Part shown: one piece after another, positions 7,215 through 17,270 of the stretch
Layout: each line of letters starts with the position of its first letter
Numbering within the stretch: the first letter of the stretch is position 1
Virus record (IMG/VR): IMGVR_UViG_3300047095_000168
Coordinates: 1-36,177 of that record
Length of the DNA: 36,177 nt
Strand: one strand, 5' to 3'
DNA from: a virus
Taxonomy: Duplodnaviria > Caudoviricetes
The notes under the pieces: model-generated
Database searches by the model: none
Seen by the model: the letters and a program-made list of their open reading frames with translations, nothing else
What the model was told of the DNA's origin: nothing
Translations under genes and position numbers: made by a program

Positions 7215-10200
7215 TCATTTGGTGACTTGGTTGTAGAGCCATGAGCCCGTGTTGCGAGCCATAGAGCCCGCGCCGCGAGCGATATCCTCGCGCCCACGCC
7301 CCTTGCCCGGCTCGAAGTCAGCGAAGATGTCCTGCATCGCTTCCGAGAACAGCCCCACACCTGCGGCGGTTGCGGCACCGATGTCAGCATTCGTGCGATG
7401 GCCGATGCGGACCAGTCGGCCGAACTCCTCCGGGTCGAGAAGCGCCCTGGCTGCGCGGTCTTGAAGCACCCCGTTCTGCCACCGGATGAGCGAGTTGGCG
7501 AGGCGCGCCTCAGTGGAGAGAACCCCAAACACCACACGCTTGCTGGCCTCGAACGCCTTCAGGGCAATTGTTGCGGGGTTCTGCTGGTCCGTGATGACTG
7601 CCTTCTGCGCCCTCGGGTTCAGGATTGCCCCAGTCTTGGCGAGGTCGCCGATTGCCTTCTTTGCGTCGATCCCGCGCCCCAAGATCGTCTGCATGAACTC
7701 CATGGAGGCGGGGTCGTTGGCGAAATCGAAGAGCTTCTCGACGTTGAGGGCTGCGTCGCGGCCACCAGTCGCCGCGCCGACGCCAGCTTCACTTGGCTTG
7801 GTCACCGACCGATAGAACGCGGCCAGCATCGACCTGCGGAAGTCTGGGAGAAGCTCGGGGGCCTGCTGCTCAAGATACGACACGATGGTCTTTGCGGAGG
7901 TGTTGTTCGCCTCCGCAAGGATCTTGTCGGCAAGGCGAGCGTAGTCGCTGGGCTTGGACCCGGCAGAGAAGCTGAAGGCCGCCCTTTGCTGCTTGGCGAC
8001 TTCATTGAACGCCTCTGCGGCAGCCTTGTCGTTCGCGAGACGCTTCTCCGCCGAGATGATCTCTTGCTGGAGCCGCTGGATGTCGGACGCGAACCTGGTG
8101 TTCTCCTGCCGCAAGAACGTCGCCATGTCCCTCAACCGAGTCCCGAACCCGGGGTCGATTGCACGCGCGATCCAGTCGGCGCGCCCATTCCCGAGATCGG
8201 TGAAGAACTTTGCGTGCCTGAAGGTCTGCTCTCCCTCGTCGTTGAACGTCACGTAGTCCCGGCGCAGGCGCGCATTGGCCAGGGACTTGACCTGCCCCAC
8301 AAGCTTCTCGGCGTCTTCTTTGGGGAGTCGGCGGCGGATCGCAGCAACAGCCTCTTGCGCCCGCTCGGCAGGCATGTCCCAGAACCGGCCGAACCATGCG
8401 TCGTAAGTGTCGCCCGGCTTCAGTCCCAGTCCGACGCGCCGTTCCGTGAACGTTTCGAGGTTCCGGATCTTCGTGAGTTCTTCCGGGGTGAACCAAGACC
8501 GCAGGATCACCTCATTGTCAGCGATCCACCTCGACAGCCCGTTTGTGTTCACGTTGCCCTTGGTGTCGATGAACCTCTGGTCGAGGTCCCACAACAGGCC
8601 GCCCTTGATGATGTCGCGCGTCCCCTGGTCTTCCGGCTTGGTGAGGAGCCGTGACAGAGCCGTCGAGGTGTCCACGTTGTTGAAGATGCGGCCTGCGGCG
8701 GCCGAGTTGGTGAGGTAGTCGGCACCCCCAGAAGCCCGCTGGAGGAACTTGTCGAGGCCAGCCTGCCGATACGCCTGCTTCTGGCTGCGGTAGATCGTGT
8801 TCGCGTCCACAAGCTGCTCGGCCAGATTGCGCGGCAGGAGCTTGATGGTGTCCTGGAAGATGGCCTCCTCAAGGTCGGACATCATCTCAAGGTTGACGTT
8901 CCACTCCTTGGTGAAGCCGCTGCGGATCGCCGCCTTGAGGTTGCTCGACGTTGCGATCAGGTCGTCATAGGAGACCGACCGCTTCGGCTTGCCCTTCTCA
9001 TCGACGAGGACGGCGAGGGCGCTTTCGACCACCTTGCGGTCCGTTGCGGAGAGAGCCGGGATGATGTCCCGCTCGATCTGGGTCGCCCAGCGACCGAGAG
9101 CCGCGATGGTCGCCTCGGGGACCATCTCTCCGGCCATGCCGCCATAGAGCTTGGCCTCCTCCATGATGTCCTGAGCCCGCTCCACGGACCTTTTGAACGC
9201 CTTGTCCGCCGCCGACTTGGCCTCCGCACCCACCGCAAGGTCTGGGTGGATGATCTTGCCGACCTGCTCGACTTCCTGGCGCGCAACCGGGCCAACAACG
9301 TTCGACAGAGCCCGCCCAACCTCCTCTGCGGTGGCGGCCTCCGAACGCGGGACGCCTCCGGACGCCCGGATGATCTCGTCCAGCTTCGCAATGGCAGCCC
9401 TGTCCTTGAGTGCCGGGACGTCCTGCTGAAGCTGGGCCAACTGCCGCTGAAGGTTTGCGATCTCGTCGGTCTTCGGCATCCCCATGAGAGCCAGACGCTC
9501 ATCGACCGCCCGCATCGCGGTCTCTGCGTCCGTTGCCGATGGCAACTGCGCTCCTGTGATGGCCTCAAGGCGACGCATCAGGAGATCTTCTTTCTCCCGC
9601 TGCCGCTTGAGGAACATCGAGGCGATGTCCAGGCCACCGGCAGAGCCACGCTCCGCGATCTTCTTCTCGATGGCGGCGAGGAATGCCCCTGGCGTCTCGC
9701 TCGCCATGACATCTCCGGCCGTGAGCAGCTTCGCCGCGTCCTCACCGATGATGTCGGCAAGCTCCGCCTGGAGCCGCTTGAAATCAGCGGTGGGGATGGA
9801 CTGGATCGGGACGCCAGCGGACCGGAAGAACCGGTACGCCTTGTCGGCGTAGTTCCCAAGCTGGGCCATGGCGGCCTCGGTCACGCCAGACTTTGTGGCC
9901 TCCCACACGCGAGCGGAGGCGGCCAAGTTTGGCGCGCCGAAGACCTGTTGCCCGATCTCCTGGCGGCCAAGTTCACCAGCAGCCCCACCAAGCCCCGCAC
10001 CGACCACCGCACCTGGAGCCCCGCCGAAGCGCGCACCGATCAGCGTCCCGGCAATGGCCCCGGCCGTTTGCGGCACGCTCCCGGCCATGGACCGAATGTC
10101 GCCCATGGTGACCGTCCCGGGCTGTGAGAGCGTCGTCCATGGCTCCGCAATCCCGCCGACTTCAGGGCGTTTGCGGAAGACGACCTTGCCCGCGAGGGGG

Positions 10201-10658
10201 CCAGTCGAAGCGAGCCCCCGAGGCACGCCAGCCGAACGCATCTCTTCCGTGACGGGGAACAGGCGCGAGCCGACCTCCTCGAACTCGTACTCCGGGTAGA
10301 GTTGCCGATAGCCCGCAAGCTCGTCCTGGAAGAAGCCAGGACCCGCCCTGCTTGGGAACTCCCCAACCCGAATCCCAAGGGCCTGCGCCATGCCAGCGGG
10401 AGAGGGCTGGAACGGAGAGAGCCTTGGCCCCCTTGCGGCGTCTCCGGGAATGACCTGGGCTGTAGCCTCCCCAACCGGGGGCCTGGCAGCAGCTTCCGCC
10501 TCAAGTCTGCGGAGTTCCATGATGGTCCCGCCAACACCCGAAGCGCCCATGACCTGTTTGCGCTCGGGCGGGGAGGCAGCAGCCGGGCCATCCTCCTCCA
10601 TTCCGGCGAACGGATTTTCTCTCTCTTCCATCCCCTCAAACGGATTCGGGCCAGCCAC
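7215..10658 (-). CDS. large internal virion / DNA ejection protein (putative)
   Basis: 1147 aa, Ala-rich and helical. Contains a Gly-rich hydrophobic segment (GAIAGTLIGARFGGAPGAVVGAGLGGAAGE) and N-terminal NPF repeats. Third large gene after the tail nozzle. Confidence 0.7.
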   Translation of the reverse strand: MAGPNPFEGMEERENPFAGMEEDGPAAASPPERKQVMGASGVGGTIMELRRLEAEAAARPPVGEATAQVIPGDAARGPRLSPFQPSPAGMAQALGIRVGEFPSRAGPGFFQDELAGYRQLYPEYEFEEVGSRLFPVTEEMRSAGVPRGLASTGPLAGKVVFRKRPEVGGIAEPWTTLSQPGTVTMGDIRSMAGSVPQTAGAIAGTLIGARFGGAPGAVVGAGLGGAAGELGRQEIGQQVFGAPNLAASARVWEATKSGVTEAAMAQLGNYADKAYRFFRSAGVPIQSIPTADFKRLQAELADIIGEDAAKLLTAGDVMASETPGAFLAAIEKKIAERGSAGGLDIASMFLKRQREKEDLLMRRLEAITGAQLPSATDAETAMRAVDERLALMGMPKTDEIANLQRQLAQLQQDVPALKDRAAIAKLDEIIRASGGVPRSEAATAEEVGRALSNVVGPVARQEVEQVGKIIHPDLAVGAEAKSAADKAFKRSVERAQDIMEEAKLYGGMAGEMVPEATIAALGRWATQIERDIIPALSATDRKVVESALAVLVDEKGKPKRSVSYDDLIATSSNLKAAIRSGFTKEWNVNLEMMSDLEEAIFQDTIKLLPRNLAEQLVDANTIYRSQKQAYRQAGLDKFLQRASGGADYLTNSAAAGRIFNNVDTSTALSRLLTKPEDQGTRDIIKGGLLWDLDQRFIDTKGNVNTNGLSRWIADNEVILRSWFTPEELTKIRNLETFTERRVGLGLKPGDTYDAWFGRFWDMPAERAQEAVAAIRRRLPKEDAEKLVGQVKSLANARLRRDYVTFNDEGEQTFRHAKFFTDLGNGRADWIARAIDPGFGTRLRDMATFLRQENTRFASDIQRLQQEIISAEKRLANDKAAAEAFNEVAKQQRAAFSFSAGSKPSDYARLADKILAEANNTSAKTIVSYLEQQAPELLPDFRRSMLAAFYRSVTKPSEAGVGAATGGRDAALNVEKLFDFANDPASMEFMQTILGRGIDAKKAIGDLAKTGAILNPRAQKAVITDQQNPATIALKAFEASKRVVFGVLSTEARLANSLIRWQNGVLQDRAARALLDPEEFGRLVRIGHRTNADIGAATAAGVGLFSEAMQDIFADFEPGKGRGREDIARGAGSMARNTGSWLYNQVTK

Positions 10659-10660
10659 GA

Positions 10661-13132
10661 TCAGCCTCCACCACGAAGCACGCGTTCAGCAGAGCCCGGC
10701 CCGAAGTACTTCTCGAACTCCTCGCGAGTGACCGGTGTCCCGTCGTTCTTTCGTCCAGCCCTCAAGGCGTCAATGGCTGCCCTGCTGGGGGCTGGATAGG
10801 CCTTCTGCCCAGGCCCGGCGGCGGCCGGTTGCTGCCCGAAGCTTGGGGAGCGAGGCATGGTTGCGCCTTGTGGAGCCGTGCGCTCGACTGCGCGCCAACG
10901 AGCCTCGACGCGGGCCTGAAGAGCTTTCTCGGTCTCCTTGATTGCCGCTTTGGCAGAGTTGGCGGAGTTCCACCCCATACCAAACGCACTGAGGACGCTC
11001 TGCGTGTCTTTGTTCGACAAGTTGCCGGTGCCATCAAGCGTTTTCGCGATGTAGTACGTCGCGAACACGATGTTGGTCTTGAGGGCCTGCGCTCGCTCGT
11101 CATTGACCGTGCTGACGAACTTCGCAAGCCCGCTGTCACGCAGTCCGGCCTTCGCCATGACGCTATCGAAGCGCTCCGCAACCTCTGCGTCCGTGCCGCG
11201 CAGGTCCTCCGGCAAAGCGCCGCCGAAGATTTCGTTGGCCGCCCCTTTCACGAACCCAAGGAAGTTCGTGACGGTCCCAAGTGGACCGATGATCGTCTGC
11301 CCGCCCTCCGCGACAAGCTGGCTCATGCGATCCAGGACGGGTCTGGCCGAGTCGTACCCGGTCATGGCGGCCTCGTACTCCCGGACAGCCTGCATGTTCG
11401 CGGCGGCCCCCGCCTTGCCGCCGACCACAACGGAAGACGACCCATCCGGCGATGTCGCGACCGAAATTTGCATCCCTTCCTTGCCAGCAATCGTCTCGTC
11501 GATCTTGCGCGCGAGCATCTCGGCCCGCCTTTCGGGGGGCGCTGCGTTCCACAACCGGCCGAAAGCGTCTTTGGGGTTCGGAATGCTTGCGACGTAGTTC
11601 GGACGCCCATCCGGGAGCATGGGGATGTTCGAGTCCCCAATCAGCTTTTGGACCTGCGGCCTCGGCTCCATCTTGATGTTCAACTGATTGAGGTTCGTGA
11701 CCGCCCCATTGAGGAGCGCCCGACGCGCATCGAGGTTGTTCGGGTCCACACCCTGTTCGGTGATGCCACGCTGGATGAAATCCCGCATGGTCTGCTCCAC
11801 GACCGTGGCGTTCGTGCCGTACTGCTTCGCAAGGGTCGAGATCATGCGGCTCTCTTCGGTGTTGAACCGCTGCGTCGCCGCACTCGCGGCCTGACCGGCC
11901 TGGAACTCGAACTTCCGCGCCTGCATTTCCCTGGCCTGCGCCCCGGAAGTCCGCCCCGACCGCTCCAGCACGAACGCATTCGCGGCTTCTGGCCCACTGA
12001 CGCTGGCGATGTAGTTCGCCTGCTTCTCCCACTCGGAGAGCGGGGTTTTGCCGTCGCGCGTGAAGTTGCGCCACTTCACGGTCCCGTCGTCGTCCGTATA
12101 CATGCCGCCCGGCTCAGGGGCGGCTGCGGGCTGCTGCTCAGGAGCCGCCGCTCGCCCTGCTGTCGCGCCTCGCTTGCGCGGCAGCCCCGACTCCGAAAGG
12201 GCCTGCGCCGCGCCTGCCATCACCCTGTTTGCGGAGGCGTAGTCCTCCACGTCCTTGCCGTTCTCGGCAAAATAATCCCGCAGGACTTGGCTCGCCGCCG
12301 CCGGGTCGTCGTATTGCGACGAAAGGGTCCGGATCTGCGCCTCGATACCCCCCTGGAGGCCCGCTTGTCCGCGCCGCTCGTTCTCTTCGGTGCGGGCAGC
12401 TAAGTTCGCAGTCTGCGCGGGGGTCATTCGCTCTGATCCTGCGCCTCGTTTGCGTGGCAGTCCAGACGCCGAAAGGGCCTGCGCCGCGCCTGCCATCACC
12501 TTGTTTGCGGAGGCGTAGTCCTTCACGTTCTTGCCGTTCTCGACAAGATACTGCCGCAAGACCTGACTCGCCGCCGCCGGGTCGTCATACTGCGACGAAA
12601 GGGTGCGTATTTGCGCCTCGACGTTACCTTGGAAACCCTCCAGTTCGCGACGTGCGTTCTCTTGGTTGCGGGCGATCAGACCCATCAACTGCACGGGGTT
12701 GATGTCCGCCGCCCCGCCACGCGCCGCTTTGGCCATCCCAGACAGGGCGTTCGCGATGTTGTAAGCCCTGCTTACGTCTTGCTGCTCCTGCGCTGCCATC
12801 ACCTGCGGGAGAGAGACCCTCCCCTGCCCCGCAAGGGTCTGCATGGCGGCCGAACCAAGCCGCTCAAGGCCCCCAGATCCCTCAAGCTCCCCAAGGGATT
12901 TGGACAGGATCTTCGCCACCCGCGTCTGGGCGTTTGCAGCATCTGCCGCATACGATGGGCGCGCGTCTCCCTGGGACCCGGTCCGCAACGCTTGGGAGAG
13001 CAACGCCTGGATGATGGCATCCGAGTTCGCGCCCGTCCCCGAGAGCCGCTGTTCCATGCCTGACGGAGCAAGCGGGCTCGTTACCCCTTCGCCGCCCTCA
13101 AGCGTGATGTCGTCTTCTTCGTCCAGAGCCAT
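10661..13132 (-). CDS. internal virion / DNA ejection protein with internal duplication (putative)
   Basis: 823 aa, Ala/Gln/Gly-rich, ending in FEKYFGPGSA. Podovirus ejection-gene position. Confidence 0.7.
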   Translation of the reverse strand: MALDEEDDITLEGGEGVTSPLAPSGMEQRLSGTGANSDAIIQALLSQALRTGSQGDARPSYAADAANAQTRVAKILSKSLGELEGSGGLERLGSAAMQTLAGQGRVSLPQVMAAQEQQDVSRAYNIANALSGMAKAARGGAADINPVQLMGLIARNQENARRELEGFQGNVEAQIRTLSSQYDDPAAASQVLRQYLVENGKNVKDYASANKVMAGAAQALSASGLPRKRGAGSERMTPAQTANLAARTEENERRGQAGLQGGIEAQIRTLSSQYDDPAAASQVLRDYFAENGKDVEDYASANRVMAGAAQALSESGLPRKRGATAGRAAAPEQQPAAAPEPGGMYTDDDGTVKWRNFTRDGKTPLSEWEKQANYIASVSGPEAANAFVLERSGRTSGAQAREMQARKFEFQAGQAASAATQRFNTEESRMISTLAKQYGTNATVVEQTMRDFIQRGITEQGVDPNNLDARRALLNGAVTNLNQLNIKMEPRPQVQKLIGDSNIPMLPDGRPNYVASIPNPKDAFGRLWNAAPPERRAEMLARKIDETIAGKEGMQISVATSPDGSSSVVVGGKAGAAANMQAVREYEAAMTGYDSARPVLDRMSQLVAEGGQTIIGPLGTVTNFLGFVKGAANEIFGGALPEDLRGTDAEVAERFDSVMAKAGLRDSGLAKFVSTVNDERAQALKTNIVFATYYIAKTLDGTGNLSNKDTQSVLSAFGMGWNSANSAKAAIKETEKALQARVEARWRAVERTAPQGATMPRSPSFGQQPAAAGPGQKAYPAPSRAAIDALRAGRKNDGTPVTREEFEKYFGPGSAERVLRGGG
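12165..12621. repeat. two direct repeats of about 181 bp (12165-12345 and 12441-12621), period 276 nt
   Basis: EAQIRTLSSQYDDPAAASQVLR..ENGK.V.DYASAN.VMAGAAQALS.SGLPRKRGA is encoded twice, and the DNA similarity is visible. Confidence 0.95.
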
Positions 13133-13791
13133 CAGACGCCTCCGCCAAGCAGTCCGCTAAACCGCTCTGGAGTCATCGGGCTCTTGCTGACAGTCTCGTC
13201 GTATCGACCGACCGGAGACTCAAACCCGCCCATTGGGATCTCCTTGAGGAACCTGGACACCCCAAACAGGGCGGACGGCAAGCCCTGCTGGCGCATCAGA
13301 GCGTTCTGGGCTGCCACGTTCGCGGCAGACGAGGTCGCGCCCATGGCCCCCTGGATGCCCTGGAGCCCGCCCATGAGCGTCTGCCGCGCCTGCTGGTTGG
13401 CCTGGGCCTGCTCGTTCTGGCCAGCCATCATCAGGGCTCTTGCGATTGCCTCATCGCGCCTCGGGTTGCGGGCGTAGAACGAGGCGTTGCCGCCCGCACC
13501 CGCAAACCGACGAGCCTGCCTCTCCTGCTCGCGCACATAGTCCGAGATGCCCTGGAGGCGCGCGGTCCGCTGCTGCTGAAGGGCATCCGACGCCATGCTC
13601 TGGAAGAGTGGGCTATTCGGGTTCGCCAGTGCCTCGGAAAGCTGTGCGGCCCGATCCGCCTGCGCCCGCATGGCCTTTTCCGTGCGGCGATCCCGGCCCA
13701 TACCGAACAAGCTGGCGACAGCACTTCCCGCACCGGCAAGGTTCAGGGCCGTCTGAGCGGGGCCGAGGAAATCAAACAGACCTGCCATCAA
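13132..13791 (-). CDS. small ejection / pilot-type virion protein (putative)
   Basis: Hydrophobic Gly/Ala N-terminus and Q/A-rich helices. First gene after the nozzle. Confidence 0.6.
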   Translation of the reverse strand: MMAGLFDFLGPAQTALNLAGAGSAVASLFGMGRDRRTEKAMRAQADRAAQLSEALANPNSPLFQSMASDALQQQRTARLQGISDYVREQERQARRFAGAGGNASFYARNPRRDEAIARALMMAGQNEQAQANQQARQTLMGGLQGIQGAMGATSSAANVAAQNALMRQQGLPSALFGVSRFLKEIPMGGFESPVGRYDETVSKSPMTPERFSGLLGGGV

Positions 13792-15863
13792 CGTCTCCCG
13801 TGAATGTCCCCGTATACCGAAAACCCGGCGAGTACGTCAGGACCGTATGGATCATTCGTGCGGAACGAAAGCCGGAAATGCGCGCCGCGCCATCGTAGCG
13901 GGTTCTTCCCCTCAACGGTGCGGGCCATGCCGACGAAGTCGCTGCCAATGGTGAACGTGCCAACCGGCCTGCCGCCGAACTCTTCCTGGGCGGTCACCGT
14001 AATCAGGTCGTAGGACTGGAGGTTAAAGTCCCCGGTAGCCTCGATGGTGTAGACCACCGCGCCCCCGACCTGGAAGTTCGGCACGATATAGGACCCGGTC
14101 TTGATCCGCATCGACTGACGCGGCTCCTCAAGGTTCAGCCACCCGGGCATGTATTCGGTGGGGAACACCGCACCGTCATCAGTGAATGTCCCCTGGTCGA
14201 AAACGTAGACCTTGCCGTCTGCGCCGCCCAGCAGCAGATCCGAGTTGGCCCGGACATAGAGGGCGCTCTGGAGGCCGATCTGCCCGTCGAAGTCCGACCA
14301 GCTTGCGCCAGCGACGATCTTGCCGTCGTCCATGACGAAGTTGGCATAGTTATACACGTAAAGCTTGCTCGCGATCTTCATCACGATCCATGAACGACGC
14401 TGATAGTTAACCACCTGGATTTGTGGGTTCGGGCTCTCCACAACATCCCTGATGATGGCTCGCAGCGTGTTCTTGATGGGCTCCGAGATGTTCGAGCGTT
14501 GCAGGTTGTTCGTGTTGATGAGGAGGCTGATCGAAAGCAGCCCGTCATACCCGACAAACGACAGGTCGTTGCCGGTGTTCACGAAGCCGTCTGCGGCGAC
14601 CACGCCTTGGGGGAACAGGCCCGCAGGCTCCAGGTCGGCGGGAGCGGTGCCTCGATAGGCGTAGACCGCCCGCTCCGTTCCGATGATGAGGTAGGTCTGG
14701 AACGATGCGATGCTGCGGGCTGGGTCCGCCCCGGGCTGCTGGGAGCCCACCGCAACCGTCCGCGTCTCCAAGCTCTGGCTGTCCACCGTGAAGTCCTGGA
14801 TGTCGTTGGCACCGGACGCCACGACATTGCGGGGATCTCGGGAGTCGATCATCCAGGCGCGGCCGAAGTGGACGTGAATCCACGAAGCGATGGGCATGGC
14901 CGATTGATAGAGGACGACGGAGTCGCCTGCCGATGTGGTCGCAATCGATGGGGAGACGTAGATCCCGGATGACAGGATCTGCGACACGAAGGATGCCGCG
15001 TTCTTCGTCGTGTTGTGGACGATGTCGCCCGCACGCATGGAGGTGGTCGTCCAGTCGGGGACGCGGTCTGCGGAGACGGAGATGTAGGTCTGAGTCGGGG
15101 TCGTGCTGGTCGCAACGATGGTCACGACGTTGTCCATGATCCCGTCGTTCGAGACCACGTTCAGTTCGATGCTGTCGAAGATCCGGTAGGCGTCTCCGGG
15201 CGTCGGCTCGCCGCCAACGGGCGCGCCCGAGATAGGGGCCAACGTGCTTCCGAACCCACGCGCAGCCGCACTGATCGGGGTGTGCGTCACGCGCGACGAC
15301 GTCACGGCCGTGACCAGCCCATACGCCCCACGCTTGGCGTTGAACACGATGTCGCCAGGGCCGACGAACGTCTGCGCCGTCCAGTCGGTGACAGCGGCGT
15401 CGGTCAGAGCGGCAGCGGATGTGGCAGCACCACACGTCCCCTGCTCCATGAGGGGCTGGAGCCGCTCGAAGCTTGCGGTGGCGTTGTCGATGTAAACCTG
15501 CCGATCCGACCCGTTCCAGAACACCAGCTTGTCGTCGAACTGCACCGCACGAATACGGGCTGCCGTCGTCGCCTGCCACACCTGGGTCCAAGCCGAAGAC
15601 CCGTTGTAGCGGAAGACGATGCCGTCCGAAGACGCGAAGAGCGTCGCCACCCCGTCCTTGTCGATGTATTCGTGCAGCCCCGTGACGATGCCCTTCGTGG
15701 GCAGCGCACCGGTCAGAGCCACGTAGCCGGGGCGCTTCTCGGCACCACCGGCAGCGTTGATGAACCGGTTGCGGAATCGCTGGGCGTAATCCAGCGGGAT
15801 CTCTGTCTCGGTGAAGTTCGTCGCCAGCCCGCGACGGGCGATCTGGTAATACCGCTCCGGCAT
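13788..15863 (-). CDS. tail nozzle / tail tubular protein B (P22 gp10 / T7 gp12-like)
   Basis: 691 aa with GGAEKRPGY at the N-terminus and a beta-propeller-like pattern. Follows the adaptor gene. Confidence 0.75.
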   Translation of the reverse strand: MPERYYQIARRGLATNFTETEIPLDYAQRFRNRFINAAGGAEKRPGYVALTGALPTKGIVTGLHEYIDKDGVATLFASSDGIVFRYNGSSAWTQVWQATTAARIRAVQFDDKLVFWNGSDRQVYIDNATASFERLQPLMEQGTCGAATSAAALTDAAVTDWTAQTFVGPGDIVFNAKRGAYGLVTAVTSSRVTHTPISAAARGFGSTLAPISGAPVGGEPTPGDAYRIFDSIELNVVSNDGIMDNVVTIVATSTTPTQTYISVSADRVPDWTTTSMRAGDIVHNTTKNAASFVSQILSSGIYVSPSIATTSAGDSVVLYQSAMPIASWIHVHFGRAWMIDSRDPRNVVASGANDIQDFTVDSQSLETRTVAVGSQQPGADPARSIASFQTYLIIGTERAVYAYRGTAPADLEPAGLFPQGVVAADGFVNTGNDLSFVGYDGLLSISLLINTNNLQRSNISEPIKNTLRAIIRDVVESPNPQIQVVNYQRRSWIVMKIASKLYVYNYANFVMDDGKIVAGASWSDFDGQIGLQSALYVRANSDLLLGGADGKVYVFDQGTFTDDGAVFPTEYMPGWLNLEEPRQSMRIKTGSYIVPNFQVGGAVVYTIEATGDFNLQSYDLITVTAQEEFGGRPVGTFTIGSDFVGMARTVEGKNPLRWRGAHFRLSFRTNDPYGPDVLAGFSVYGDIHGRR

Positions 15864-16576
15864 CAGGACCTCGACGTGATCCCTGGCTGGACCCGGACAT
15901 ACTCGCCGGTCTTGGCCGTCTGCCGACCAAGGGACGAGTTGCGGGACGCGAGGTACTTCATCTGGGCCGCCTGATACTGCCGCGTCTCAGCCCCGCCGCT
16001 CTCGTCCAGCAGCGATGCCGCCACAAGGCCCAGGATGACCACCCGACCAGGGAACGGGACGACCACGTTGTCATCGGTGCCTGCGACGTACTTGGGCGGC
16101 AGCACCTGAAACTTCACGAAGGCCGAGTTCCCCGCGTAGTTCGCCCCGGGGCGCGGGAATACGCCGACCCGTGGGTTGCCAAGGGAGTCCACCCCCTCGA
16201 TGATGTATCGGGATGGTTGGCCGATGCTGTTGACCCGGTTGAGCATCCGGAACTCGTTCTTGTCGGAGATCGGCTCCAGGGGCGGGACGCGTCCGGACAC
16301 CGAGACCTCCTGGATCGAGTGGATGAACCGCTTTGCGGTGACCAGAGCCGTCGTGTCGATGCTGTAGATCGACTGCCCGCAAACCATCGTCACCGCAGCC
16401 GAAGCCTGAAGCTCGTTCCACGTTCCGAGGTCCGCAAGCTCCTCCATGATGTCGTTCAGGAGGTTGATGCTGTTCTTCGTGAACATGTTCTGGGTTGTGG
16501 CGGTCACGCGCCGGATGTTCATCCGGTCGCAGACCTCGTTGATGATCTCCAGAACCGTGAGATAGGGCGACGCCAT
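15863..16576 (-). CDS. head-tail adaptor / tail tubular protein A
   Basis: TVLEIINEV...LLN..., GQPSRY and VFPRP motifs typical of podovirus adaptors. Confidence 0.75.
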   Translation of the reverse strand: MASPYLTVLEIINEVCDRMNIRRVTATTQNMFTKNSINLLNDIMEELADLGTWNELQASAAVTMVCGQSIYSIDTTALVTAKRFIHSIQEVSVSGRVPPLEPISDKNEFRMLNRVNSIGQPSRYIIEGVDSLGNPRVGVFPRPGANYAGNSAFVKFQVLPPKYVAGTDDNVVVPFPGRVVILGLVAASLLDESGGAETRQYQAAQMKYLASRNSSLGRQTAKTGEYVRVQPGITSRS

Positions 16577-16577
16577 G

Positions 16578-17267
16578 TCAGACCTCGCGGGCGCGAAGGT
16601 TCAGCTTCTCGAAGACAATGTTGCTCACGTTCAGCGTAGCGGTCGCCAGGACCTCCACATACGAGTTCGGGGCCATCGAGAGGATTCCCCCTGCGTGGCC
16701 ACAGAACGGGGCCGACGTAGCCGTAAGGCGCAGTTCGATGGTCGTCTTTGGCTGTGACGTCCCATCCTTGCCGAGGCGAACCGCGACGTTCTGGCTTGCG
16801 GTGACGCCGCTGACCGTGAAGTCCACGTCGAACATGAAGTTCTTGGTCTGAACCCCGGTGTAGGTCAGCCTTCCGGAGCCGTTGTGGGTGAACTGCGCCA
16901 AGGAGTCGGCGCTCGTTCCCACGTTCGTCACGACATAGCTGTTGATTGCCGTCGTCGAGATGACCCCATTGCTGGTGGCGTAACACTCGCCTCGCGCGAG
17001 CCCGAAGATCCCTGCGGCGGACACCGTCGCGGCGGCCAGGGCCGACGTGCTGACCGTGTTGAACGTAGCGGCGTTGCCGCCAACCACCGCAGCGGAAATC
17101 GAGGCGAAGGTAACGCCTCCGGCGAAGTTGACCGGACCGTTGACGGTCTGCGCCGTCGTCTCCGCAAGGTTCAACTGGCTGTCGATCAGGTTCTCGAAGT
17201 CGCTGCCCGTTGGCGCGTCACCCGTCTCGAAAGCCTGCTTGAGCGTTGCCTTGTCCTGCTGCGCCAT
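16578..17267 (-). CDS. virion appendage protein (short fibre/spike)
   Basis: N-terminal LKQAFETGDAPTGSDFENLIDS module, a short stalk and a C-terminal beta-sandwich (RLTYTG...YVEV). Confidence 0.65.
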   Translation of the reverse strand: MAQQDKATLKQAFETGDAPTGSDFENLIDSQLNLAETTAQTVNGPVNFAGGVTFASISAAVVGGNAATFNTVSTSALAAATVSAAGIFGLARGECYATSNGVISTTAINSYVVTNVGTSADSLAQFTHNGSGRLTYTGVQTKNFMFDVDFTVSGVTASQNVAVRLGKDGTSQPKTTIELRLTATSAPFCGHAGGILSMAPNSYVEVLATATLNVSNIVFEKLNLRAREV

Positions 17268-17270
17268 GGG

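Noticed and set aside
12165-12621. Repeat pair considered as a DGR template/variable repeat
   Set aside because: Differences are not adenine-specific, both copies lie in frame in one gene, and no reverse transcriptase is present.
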